A stretch of 64,000 bases of DNA from Rhizophagus irregularis (Eukaryota). A program made the position numbers and the translations under genes. Each line of letters starts with the position of its first letter. The first letter of the stretch is position 1. This document shows, one piece after another, positions 24,701-36,611 of the stretch. Where the stretch lies: the NCBI RefSeq assembly GCF_026210795.1, contig NC_089435.1:1426001-1490000 (forward strand). The letters run 5' to 3'. Below the pieces are notes generated by a model. That model had not been told where the DNA came from. It saw only the letters and a program-made list of their open reading frames with translations, and searched no databases.

Positions 24701-27700
24701 ATGGACCATCCTTCCATATTGCTGAATATACTGTTATATAGCTATTTTTACCTGTCTCTTTAATTTCATTAAACTGATTATATGGTATCCATTCAAGCAC
24801 GATATCATTATAATCCTCCATATTTAATTGTCTTTCTTGAATGAAATCATCAATTTTTTCATATCCACTGATCCATACATTATTTTTTTGAACTAAGATA
24901 TAGTCTCCTGTATCTGGATTTTGAGATATTCCATACAATACTTGAAATGCTTTATAATTTGTTGGATATTTTTTAGCCTAATTGTAAATAAAAGAAATTG
25001 TAAATATGTTAATCAAAAAAATATTTAAATATTTAAAGAAATTTCATACTTCATTTATTAAAGAATCAATGGATCCTTGCGAATTATGTAAACATTTTAA
25101 AGAAACTTTCTTATTTAAATCTCTTGTACAATTACTCCAACTATGCTCCTTGTATAATGGACCATCCTTCCATATTGCTGAATGTACTGTTATAAGGCTA
25201 TTTTTACCTATTTCTTTAATTTCATTAAACTGATTATAAGGTATCCATTCAAGTACTATGTTATCACAATACATTCTTTTTAATTGACTTTTTTGAATGA
25301 AATCATCAATTTTTTTATTTTCACTAGTCCATATATTTTGAACCAAAATATAATCTCCTGTATATGGATTTTGAGATATTCCATACAATACTTGAAATGC
25401 AATATGTTTATGTTTTGTTGGATATTTTTTAGCCTAATTGTAAATAAAAGTGATTATAAATATAATTAATAAAGTATTCAATTATTTAAAGAAAGTTTCA
25501 TACCTCATTTATTAAAGAATTAATAGATTCTTGCGAATTATGTAAACATATTAAAGCAACTTTTTCATTTGAATTTCTTGTATAATTACTCCAACTATAC
25601 TCCTTGTATAATGGACCATCCTTCCATACTGCTGAATATACTGTTATGAGACCACTTTTGCCTGTTTCTTTAATTTCATAAAATTGATCATATGGTATCC
25701 ATTCAAACACGATATCATTATAATCCTCTATTTCTAATTGTCTTTCTTGAATGAAATCATCAATTTTTTCATTTCCACTTGTCCAAATAAGAACCAAAAT
25801 ATAATTTCCTGTATTTGAATTTTGAGATATTCCATATAATGTTTGAAATGCATTATTTTTTGTTAGGTATTTTTTAGCCTGAATATAAATAAAAGAGATT
25901 GTAAATATATTAATCAAAAGTATAATAATTAAGGAAATTTTATACCTCATTAATTAAATAGTCAATGGATTCTTGTGAATTATATAAACATTTTAATACA
26001 ACTTTTTTATTTGAATCACTTGTATATTCTCTATTTTGTTTATTCCAATAAAATGGGCCATCCTTCCATATTGCTGAATATACTGTTACAAGACCATTTT
26101 TTCCTATCTCTTTAATTTCATAAAATTGATCATATGGTATCCATTCAAGCACTATATCATTAAAATGCGCTAATTTTAATCGTCTTTCTTGAATGATATC
26201 ATCAATTTTTTCATTTCCGCTTGTCCAAATAAGAACCAAAATATAATCTCCTGTACTTGGACTTTGAGATATTCCGCATAATACTTGAAATGTATTATGT
26301 TTTGTTGGGTATTTTTTAGCCTGAATATGAATAAAAGAGATTGTAAATATATTAATCAAAAGTATAATAATTAAGGAAATTTTATACCTCATTAATTAAA
26401 TAGTCAATGGATTCTTGTGAATTATATAAACATTTTAATGCAACTTTTTTATTTGAATCTCTCATATAATTACTCCATCCATACTCTAAGCATAATGGAC
26501 CATCCTTCCATATTGCTGAATATACTGTTACAAAACCATTTTTTCCTATCTCTTTAATTTCATAAAATTGATCATATGGTATCCATTCAAGCACTATATT
26601 ATTAAAATGCGCTATTTTTAATCGTCTTTCTTGAATGAAATCATCAATTTTTTCATTTCCACTGAACCATATATAACTATTTTGAACCAAAATATAATCT
26701 CCTGTACTTGGACTTTGAGATATTCCATATAATACTTGAAATGTATTATGTTTTGTTGGATATTTTTTAGTCTAAATATAAATAAAAGAGATTGTAAATA
26801 TATTAATCAAAAGTAAATAAATAGTTAAGGAAATTTTGTACCTCATTTATTAAAAAATCAATGGATTCTTGTGAATTATATAAACATATTAACGCAACTT
26901 TTTTATTTAAATCTCTTTTATAATCACTCCATTTATCCTTCATATATAATGGACCATCCTTCCATACTGCTGAATATACTGTTATAAGGCCATTTTTACC
27001 TGTTTCTTTAATTTTATAAAATTGATTATATGGTATCCATTCAAGCACGATATCATTATAATCCTCTATTTTTAATTGTCTTTCTTGAATGAAATCATCA
27101 ATTTTTTCATTTCCACTGAACCATATATGATTGTTTTGAACTAAAATAAAATCTCGTGTATTCGGATTTTGAGATATTCCGCATAATACTTGAAATGCAT
27201 TATGTTTTGTTGGATATTTTTTAGCCTAATTATAAATAAAGGAGATTGTGAATATATTAATCAATAGTATATAAATATCAAGAAAATTTTATACCTCATT
27301 TATTAAAAAATCAATGGATTCTTGTGAATTATATAAGCATTCTAAAGCAACTTTTTTATTTGAATCTCTTATATAATTACTCCATCCATACTCTAAGCAT
27401 AATGGACCATCCTTCCATATTGCTGAATATACTATTATAAGGTCATTTTTGCCTGTTTCTTTAATTTCATAAAATTGATCATATGGTATCCATTCAAGCA
27501 CTATATCACTATAATCTATTTCTAATTGTCTTTTCTGAATGAAATCATCAATTTTTTCATTTCCACTGAACCATATATAACTATTTTGAACCAAAATATA
27601 ATCTTTCGTATCTGGATTTTGAGATATTCCATACAATGCTTGAAATGCTTTATGTTTTGTTGGACATTTTTTAGCCTAATTTTAAATAAAAGAGATTGTA

Positions 27701-28508
27701 AATATAATTAATAAAGTATTTAAATATCATTTAAAGAAATTTCATACCTCATTTATTAAAGAATCAATAGATTCTTGCGAATTATGCAAACATTTTAAAG
27801 CAACACTTTTATTCGAACTTCTTCTCCATAGTCCTCCGTAATTACGGTACAATGGACCATCCTTCCATATTGCTGAATATACTGTTATAAGGTCATTTTT
27901 GTCTATCTCTTTAATTTCATCAAACTGATTGTATGGTATCCATTCAAGCACTGTATCTTTATAGGCATTTATTATTAATTGTCTTTTCTGAATGAAATCA
28001 TCAATTTTTTCATTTCCACTGAACCATATATAATTATTTTGAACCAAAATATAATCTTCCATATCCGGATTTTGAGATATTCCATACAATGCTTGAAATG
28101 CTTTATGTTTTGTTAGACATTTTTTAGCCTAATTGTAAATAAAGAGATTGTAAATATAATTAATAAAGTATTTAAATATTTAAAGAAATTTCATACCTCA
28201 TTTATTAAAGGATCAACGAATTCTTGTGAATAATGTAAACATTTTAAAATAACTTTTTCATTTGTTTTTCTTGTATAACTATTACACAAATCACGATATA
28301 ATAGACCTTCCTTCCATATTGCTGAATATACTGTTATATGGTCATTTTTGTCTATCTCTTTAATTTCATTAAACTGATTGTATGGTATCCATTCAAGCAC
28401 TATATTATCTTTATTATCATTGGTTTTTAATTGCCCTTCTTGAATGAAATCATCAATTTTTTCATTTCCACTGGTCCAATTTTCTAAAAATATGTTTTGA
28501 GAAAACAT
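21701..28508 (-). CDS. Giant tyrosine-kinase-like kinase with 12 tandem orphan kinase N-lobes (14 exons, ~1954 aa)
   Basis: Exons 28508-28197, 28128-27748, 27675-27295, 27225-26842, 26771-26388, 26320-25946, 25878-25504, 25433-25050, 24977-24594, 24521-24138, 24066-23674, 23603-23214, 23145-22771 and 22663-21701. All introns are GT-AG and phase 0, and every exon length is divisible by 3 (sum 5865). The final module has GEGGFS, IALK, HRDFHTGN, DMG, SPE and ADIYSFG. Confidence 0.88.
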
Positions 28509-28564
28509 TGTTTTCAAAAGCCCAAAATTTTTTCTAAACAAAAATCTTATTTATAGTAAATTAT

Positions 28565-28598
28565 GTAACGACTGTAACGTAACAAGTAACAGTAACAC
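28565..28598 (-). promoter_or_regulatory. Cluster of five GTTAC motifs ~60-90 nt upstream of the tandem-kinase ATG
   Basis: Plus strand gtaacgactgtaacgtaacaagtaacagtaacac; a regulatory role is inferred only from position. Confidence 0.4.
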
Positions 28599-31500
28599 AA
28601 AAATTTGCCTGAATCACTTATGTAATCATTATGTAATGAAGCTTAGTAATGTCGATCATGTGATCAGTCACAAATTATAATTTTTTTTCTTAATTTTTTA
28701 TGGCTTTATTCAAATTCTTTTTCAATTTAAGATAACAAACACACACTTTGCATCATTTACAGTATGTGTTTGTGAGTTAAAAAAAGATTTCTTTATTTGA
28801 ATTCACACTTGACTACTTGAGCCACGTTGAAATGTGTAGTGGCAAAATCACTACTCACTACATTAGAATCACAATAAATTACACTAACCGGAATTATTTC
28901 TGGCCATTTTGATTTGAGTCGATACATTGCATTTACATTATATGAAGTACCATATTATATTCCATTTATATTGATTTTTTTCATCAGTAATTATATATGT
29001 ATATCTTAGCCGTAGAAAATTAAATAAAATAGGAATTAATATATAAAGTTTGCTTATCTATTATTTTATAATATTATATGGTTTTATTTTATGAAATTTA
29101 TTTAATTAACTTACACTTTTTAGATCTTAAGCACAATAAAATTGATATTAAAAATAAGGAATTAAACGAATACAATTATAATAGCTTAAAAGTTAAAACA
29201 ATATTTTTGAATCTTTTATCAACTTGGTTTATCATTTACCATGTATATAACTTATTAAAATTTTATACAAATGATAAAAACGAGCGTGAATTCATAAAAA
29301 AAAATGGAGCATTTGATTGGTTAAATGTCTTATGATCGCTGATCGTTTGTGTATTTCCATTTCGATATTAGTCTCTCGGTTGGTATGAAATGACTAAAAT
29401 TGAAAAAAGAAAAACACTTTGTTAAATACTTAAATTCTTTTCAATACAACCATTAATTCTTTTTTTTTTAATAATAGGAAAGGGTTTTGCATAATCTGTT
29501 TATATGTTTATGAAATATTATCAACAATATTTATTTTATTTTTTATACTATTTATTATAAATATGTAAATATTTTGAATTTTATGGTATTATGGCTCGCG
29601 TTGAAGTATTGCTGTATTGATAGCAAATTCGCCAATATCGACTTTAAAGTTCAAACGTAATTTCAATGACCTATGTGCTATATTTCATTTTAAGAAGGGT
29701 TTTGTTTGATTATACTGTATCACTTTAATTATGTATTATTGGATGATTATAGTCTAATAGCAAGCACATTGTGCTTCATTAGACTATTATTTGGTTTCAA
29801 TTATCAAATAATAATATTATCGGTTTGATGGGACCGTTCATAAAATTTTTATAATAAACTCCCGTTACTATTCAATAATTTTATTAGGATAACTTATAGT
29901 AAGTTTGTCAGTTTTCATGTACTTATGGATAAATGTTATGCATTCTTTACAATTGTTTGGGCGTTTTATTTATTGTAAATTTATAACCATATTAGTAAAA
30001 GGATTTTTGGTTTCAGGTTATGTTGCGTTTCATGATTTTGTTTCACAAAATGATATTGAAAAAAATCACGAAACTTTTTATACTTTTTAGTTTTTTTTTC
30101 GTTGGTGTCTTTAACGAAATATTTTACTAGCCGTTTGATTTTCTTTTTTGTATTACTTACGGTCTACCTTTCACTATGTTGTGGATATAGTCATATGGAT
30201 GAGTTTCATTATTTTATAATAAAATGTTAATAACGTTTTGTTCTTTCGTATTCATTCCCATCTAACATAAAATTGTATAATTTTTTTTTTATAATAGAAA
30301 CACTACATTACTGGTTATAGTAGAAGTATATTTATCTTATTTTTGAAGCTTTATATTTTACCAAACATTATTATATAAGGAAAGTAGTAACAATATTTTG
30401 TGCAAGGAGAAAAAAAAGATTTATTATTGTTATCAGTTCATAGACGTTAAATATTTTGTTTGTATCATTTATCATCACTCCTGCTGAAAAGAAAACAATA
30501 TAGAAAATATTGAAAGCATTAAATTTAATTACCAAATTTTACATTGGCTATTATTATATTAACATCGTGCTCAATTTTTCCTCGATTGGGCACGCAGCAA
30601 TCGCAGGGTTTGTAAAACCAGAATTTCATATGAGAAATTGAGGATATGAGTCATTATTAATAAATTTCCTTGTAAAACACGTTTGTTTTTTATAAATGCA
30701 GTTTTTTCTCTTTGGTCCCTTTTTTACCTGATCTCTTTGGTCTTACTTCTTTCCTAACCACCTTGTTGTAGACAATCCAAAAGAGAAATTTTTTATTCAC
30801 GGGAATCTTTCAGTTTTCAAGACATAACTTGAAGGCTAGTTCTTGCATTAGGATCGCTAATAGTATGATGCCTCAATTTTTGATATCTTGGGAATAAGAA
30901 AATTTATTTGAAGTACAGTAGTTATATTTTTTTTCTTACCCGCAGTTATTCTAACTAAATTTAGAGTCATCCTATTGCCGAGGTGCAAGTAGACTATAAG
31001 CAGGGTTAATAACGTTGATAAATTATAACAGCTAATTTATCATTAAATCCCAGTATACATTACATACACTATATATATTGCTACATCAACATTAATAAAC
31101 TGTCTACTTTTTAGGAACTCGAAATTTAATTCAAGACCTATAACAATAAAGTTTATTATTAAATATTCCATGGATATGAAAAGTTCAAAATATGCTGAAT
31201 TTATTGATTTATTGATGTCATAAATGGTTAATTTAGTATCCTTTTATAGCTAGGATAATTGAAAATTACAATTTTTTTACGTTTTTTGACGTATCAACCG
31301 TATCATTTGTAGCGAAAGTTTTTTTCTTCTTTTTTTCTTGTAAGCATTAACAGCCTAAAGATGAGAATTTGACTGATCAATTTTTGCGTTACATCAAGTC
31401 GTACTCTTGTTTCATTAATAATATAATCAATTAACCACGATTTTTAGCAGGAATTTTGGACATATTTTGAGCGAAGGATAGTTTTAGTAGCTAAGATTGA

Positions 31501-32254
31501 AATATCTGAATATGGAATACTTACAATGTTTTATTGGTATACGATTTACTATGTCTTTTTCATTAAAATAAATTGTGTTTAAAAAAAGCATTCTGTTTTG
31601 TCTTATTATTATTTATTTTTTAAACTTTTGGAATCACTTCAAAGACTTGGATCTAATATAAAATACATATTTTATGCTGGTATAAGTTGAAACTAATAAA
31701 ATTGACCACGTTACCAATGTTTTTACATGCAATACTAATATTATTATAAATTGAAAATTAAAAAAAAGTTAACAAGCACTTATTTTTTTTATCAGAAGAT
31801 TTGTTATATTGATTAAAGCATTCCTTGAATTAATTGAAATTGCAACATAATAAAAAAATACTGATGAGAAATGATAGAAAAAATGGTGAAAAGAGTGAAA
31901 GGTTGGATGGTAAGAGACGACAAGAGTAGTAAAGGTGAAAGAGGGATGAATGAAAGTAAAAAAGTTTTGCGTAAATATAGTGCATAATCAGTATTTTTCA
32001 GTGAAATTATTAATCCGAAATTTTAATGCTGGCTAGTCGAGTCTATTATGTCCATTACGTCCATTACGTGTACAGTACATGAAACAATCTTGATTATTTT
32101 TTTAACGAACAAAAAATTTCAAAATTTTTTTATTTTTATTTCTAAAATCCACAGGGAAGACAATTGGTTTCATATGGTCACGTGGTCATGAAATTCTTTG
32201 TTCATATATCACGTGATTATATAACAAAATTTTGTAAAAAAAAAATTTTTAGTT

Positions 32255-32480
32255 ATATTTATTAAAAGAAACATATACAGTGAGTAATTTTAGTCTGTTC
32301 TGAAAGTTTAATTAAAGCGTCAAAGTTGGTTTTGGATTTCAATTTTGGTTTTATTTAAAACTTTGTTTGTTTTTTTTTTCGTTCTGCCCAACATTAATGA
32401 TCGATATAGAAATTTACTTTTTTTGGATATCTGTGTTTGAAACACTTCATGTACAAATAGGAATCGTTTTAATTATAATA
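32255..32480 (+). repeat. Dispersed non-coding duplication, copy 2 (copy 1 at ~4590-4830)
   Basis: Same ordered blocks as copy 1. Confidence 0.75.
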
Positions 32481-33039
32481 TTTAATTATAAAAAAAAAAA
32501 AGTAAAAATAGAAGAATATATATAGGACTGCTGGACCCGGACCTCGTCCTAGGACCAGTCTTTAGCTTGTTTAAACATATGTACAAATTTCATACCAAAA
32601 AAATTCACTTCCGGAATACGGGGCTGTGCCGCTGTGGCTGATCATGATATTCATGTGATATCGGCAATGATCATCATCAGCCGGGACTTGCCCACGCCTT
32701 TTGATTTAAAAAATATTCAAATTATAGAAAGGTAGAACAACTATAGATATAAAGTAGAGGACCAAGAATCACATAAGCTTTGATTAAAAATCAATTGGTT
32801 GTATAAGATTTGAGATTGAGTGTCACAAAAAACTTGCTTTTTTCACGACATTTTAATTGTTAATTGTTACATACAATAAATTATTTATTAAACATGAAGT
32901 AATTAAACTGCTAAAATAAATTTGAAAAATAAATAAATTAATGTTTTAATGTTTTAATTATTTTAATTAATATGTATAACTTATTAGAAAGTGTGAACAA
33001 AATGAATTAATTTAAAGGAGTTCTTAAAAAATTTTAAAA

Positions 33040-33159
33040 TTTTCGGTTAAATAATGACCGGTTAAATTAATGGGTTAATTTTCGTTTAAATTAACGGGTC
33101 AATATTCGGTTAAATTAAACAGGTTGATCAATTGCTTATTAATCAATTTCAATCTCTAG
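33040..33159. mobile_element. One end of a DNA-transposon relic (hAT-like TAGAGATTGAAA terminus with CGGTTAAATT subterminal repeats)
   Basis: Several cggttaaat / gggttaatt motifs ending in tttcaatctcta; no partner end found. Confidence 0.35.
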
Positions 33160-33469
33160 AACAGCATTAATAGCAACAGCAATAGTAACGGTAACAGACA
33201 TTAAATAACATTTTATTATATATACGTGTAAAAAGTAGTGGGCCAAATATGATTTTTTTTTTTCTAAGGGTATGAAAAATGGAGATATTAAATTATGAAA
33301 CATGAGCCGATAATTTCCGTTAATGATTTACACACTGCATAAATAATGTACTACTTCCAAAATAACTAACTTTGTTACACGTTGCACACTTTACGCCGTC
33401 CATCCTATATAATAGAGATAATAAAGGCTACCAGTTAATTTAATTTTTTTTTTTATTTATTTAAAAAAA

Positions 33470-34930
33470 ATGTTGAAGCTTAATAAAGACGTAATTTTTT
33501 TAATATTAGAAGAATTACAAGATGATAATAAGTCACTTTATTCATGCCTTTTAGTAAATAGAACTTGGTGTGAAACAACCGTTCCGATTTTATGGAAGAA
33601 TCCCGCTAGACAATATTATTCAACCAACAACGCTTATAATATTTTATTAAATGTAATACTTTTACATTTATCGGAAGAATCAAGAAATAATTTGAAATAT
33701 CAAGGAATAAACCTTTTTATGAAACCATATCAAAGACCTTTATTTAATTATATTAGTTTTTGGAGACATTTGGATTTATTTTTTTTAGAACATATGATAA
33801 ATGTTTTTGATACGTATACTGTAAAATCCAAAATTTTTATTATAGAAGATGAGATATTTAAATTATTTATTAATGGAAATACAAATTTTGTTTCTCTTTT
33901 TATTCCAAAATTACTTAATCCTCGTATATTCAATATTTTAGGGAATGAACATTGTTTTTCAGGACTTGAATACTTTTATTGTGATGATAATACCAACAGT
34001 AATATTTTAGAAAGATTGGCAAAGATAAGCACATCAATTGAAAAATTGAGAGTTGATATTAGATATAATGATGTTGATAATCCTGGAATCGTTGAATTAA
34101 TTGAAGGTCAAAAAAATTTAAGAGATGTCAAATTAATCTATAATAATTCATATCTTAATAATGAGTCATATCGAAAATCACTTGAAGAATCGTTGATTAA
34201 ATGTGCGGATACTATTCAATATTTGAGAATAGATTGGAATCCTGTTACAAATTTTCTTTCAACTCTCGTAAATTTAGTAAGTTTAGATTTGAATTTACGC
34301 CTCACACATTTATTACTTGAAACAAATTGTCATTTAGAAAAAGTTTCTTTACCCGTTTTAAAAATTTTAAGAGCACAGCAAGTCCCACCAAAGGTTTTAG
34401 CAAGTTTAATTGAAAGTACAAAAGGACATCTTATTGAAATAAGTATTTTACATCAAAGTGTTGATGATGGAAAACTTATCCGAACAATTTGTAAATATTG
34501 TCCAAATCTCTGTTATCTTAAATTATCAATATTTACCAAGAGTCTCACAGAATTTGAAAATTTATTAATTAGTTGTCAATTTTTAAATGAATTAGAAATT
34601 ATTGGTAGTTATAATAATATAAATAATTTTAATTTTAATGAATTATTTAATTGGGATAAATTATTTTCAATCTTAACAAAATCTTCACCAATTAGTTTAT
34701 TTAAATTTAAATTTTTTTCTGCTTGGAAAATCGAATCGGAATCTATAAGATTATTTCTTGATAATTGGAGGGATAGATATCCTATGTTATTACAACTTTT
34801 TTTAACAAAAAATAAGAATATGGAGCAATTACATCAGCAGCAACATCAGAAATTAGAAGATATAATAGAACATTATAAAAAAATTGGCGTAATTAAGAAA
34901 TATTACATTGATGAGGTTTTAATATTCTAA
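33470..34930 (+). CDS. F-box / RNI-like LRR protein (486 aa), family A
   Basis: MLKLNKDVIFLILEELQDDNKSLYSCLLVNRTWCETTVPILWKNP; collinear with 10936..12363. Confidence 0.9.
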   Translation: MLKLNKDVIFLILEELQDDNKSLYSCLLVNRTWCETTVPILWKNPARQYYSTNNAYNILLNVILLHLSEESRNNLKYQGINLFMKPYQRPLFNYISFWRHLDLFFLEHMINVFDTYTVKSKIFIIEDEIFKLFINGNTNFVSLFIPKLLNPRIFNILGNEHCFSGLEYFYCDDNTNSNILERLAKISTSIEKLRVDIRYNDVDNPGIVELIEGQKNLRDVKLIYNNSYLNNESYRKSLEESLIKCADTIQYLRIDWNPVTNFLSTLVNLVSLDLNLRLTHLLLETNCHLEKVSLPVLKILRAQQVPPKVLASLIESTKGHLIEISILHQSVDDGKLIRTICKYCPNLCYLKLSIFTKSLTEFENLLISCQFLNELEIIGSYNNINNFNFNELFNWDKLFSILTKSSPISLFKFKFFSAWKIESESIRLFLDNWRDRYPMLLQLFLTKNKNMEQLHQQQHQKLEDIIEHYKKIGVIKKYYIDEVLIF

Positions 34931-36611
34931 TAGTATTATATATAATATATATATATATTTTTTTGACATTTTTGACTAATATAAAGAACATTTTGTATTT
35001 ATGATATTTAGTCAAGTATATTTACTTTTCATATAGTCAAATAGAAATTTTTTTTTATATATAAGGTATGAAAAATGTAGGAAAGTTATGTAAATAAAAT
35101 CTTTTCTTCAACATCCTTAACGTTGAGCATATTATTAAAAAAAATTTTATTATATGTTTTTTATGTATGTTCTACGGATATAATTTTTGATATCTGTTGA
35201 TTTTATTTTGTGTCCGACACATTTTGTTATTAGTTATACACACTTTATGCTGTCTTGAATTGCCGTGTCGATTTTATTGAAGCGCTAAACAATATTATTC
35301 AAAACCATAACGCATAAAATTTTATTTAATGCAATACTTTTAGTTTGTCAAAAAAATCAAGAGATGATTTGAAGAGTTAAGGAATTGATAATTCTATTAT
35401 TTCATTCGAATTTTTTTTTTTTTATAACTCAACGAACGATTTTTCCTATAACAGATAGTAAAAGTATTAAAATATCATGTCGTAGGAAATGAGATATCGA
35501 GACTCGAGTTTATTTATTAATGAATGTGATTTGATGATATTGTATCTCTTTCATCGCAATATTATCTAAATTTCAATTGTATCGTATCTCATCCGGAAGC
35601 TTATATATTGATCACGTGATTTGAGGCGAAAGAAAATATGTATATAATAAAAAGAAAAAATTTGACGTTTAAAAGAAACGTAACTTTTTCAACTTTCATC
35701 ATCAACGACCTTTGGAATTTCAGATAAAGACCAAGAATTCCTTTCAAGAACAGGCGTATTTTTAAGACGAACACCTCCTCCAGACAATTCTTCAGAAGCA
35801 ACAAGTCCATCTCTTCACGTGCGGAGACGATCTATCCCGCTAACAATTAATAATGAAATTTTTTTACAAACAATACCGGACTTTTAAATGCCTGTACCAT
35901 TCTGTAGGCGACAATATTTACGTACAGCATCGTTGGATGAAAGAGTAATACGCACCGAATTTCTTACACCTATTATCCAAAGGTTGATCAATAGTTCAGA
36001 CGGCACTTCATTTTGGGGGATTGCATAAGTTATGGAAACAAGTTTATTTTTTTCTTTTGGCAGATTAATTTCCTTTATTCAAATTTACTATGTTTTCCGA
36101 TTATAAATTGATGTCGTGATGCATATGTAGTCATGTACCGTATTTTGGCCACATGTATAATACCTTGCAAAAAACAACTCTCATTTTCTAACAACCTTAT
36201 TATCTAAATAATTTAAATAATATACTGTAATAAACATTCTAGGTGTTGCAAGTATAAAACTTCAATTATTATACAAGTTTTTAACGTCTTCCATTAATAA
36301 TAAAAATTCGCACAATAGAGGGAGTAAAAGGGTCAATCCTCCTAAATAATGAGTTTACGAGAAAATCAATGAGTAAAGGAGAGACAAATATAATAATGTC
36401 TTTTATTAATGTTGCGCAAGTAAAGTAATACAAAGTACAGTATTTAATATAAATAATATAAATATCAGTACTCCACGTGGCTTATCTTCTTTAGGCCTTT
36501 TTTGCTCTAGTTGCTAGGGCGGGTAAGATTTGTATCATACTCGGGGTACTATGGCCCGCAAAAAAAATACGGTAATATTTGTTACACAAAAAACGCCTTT
36601 AAAAAAAAAAA

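Noticed and set aside
22765..28541. Thirteen separate small kinase-fragment genes
   Set aside because: Each ORF is bounded by conserved AG/GT splice sites in phase 0, and most listed starts are TTG/GTG codons inside exons
29078..31200. Short ORFs and possible gene relics between the tandem kinase and the next F-box gene
   Set aside because: No recognisable motifs; lengths are compatible with chance in AT-rich DNA
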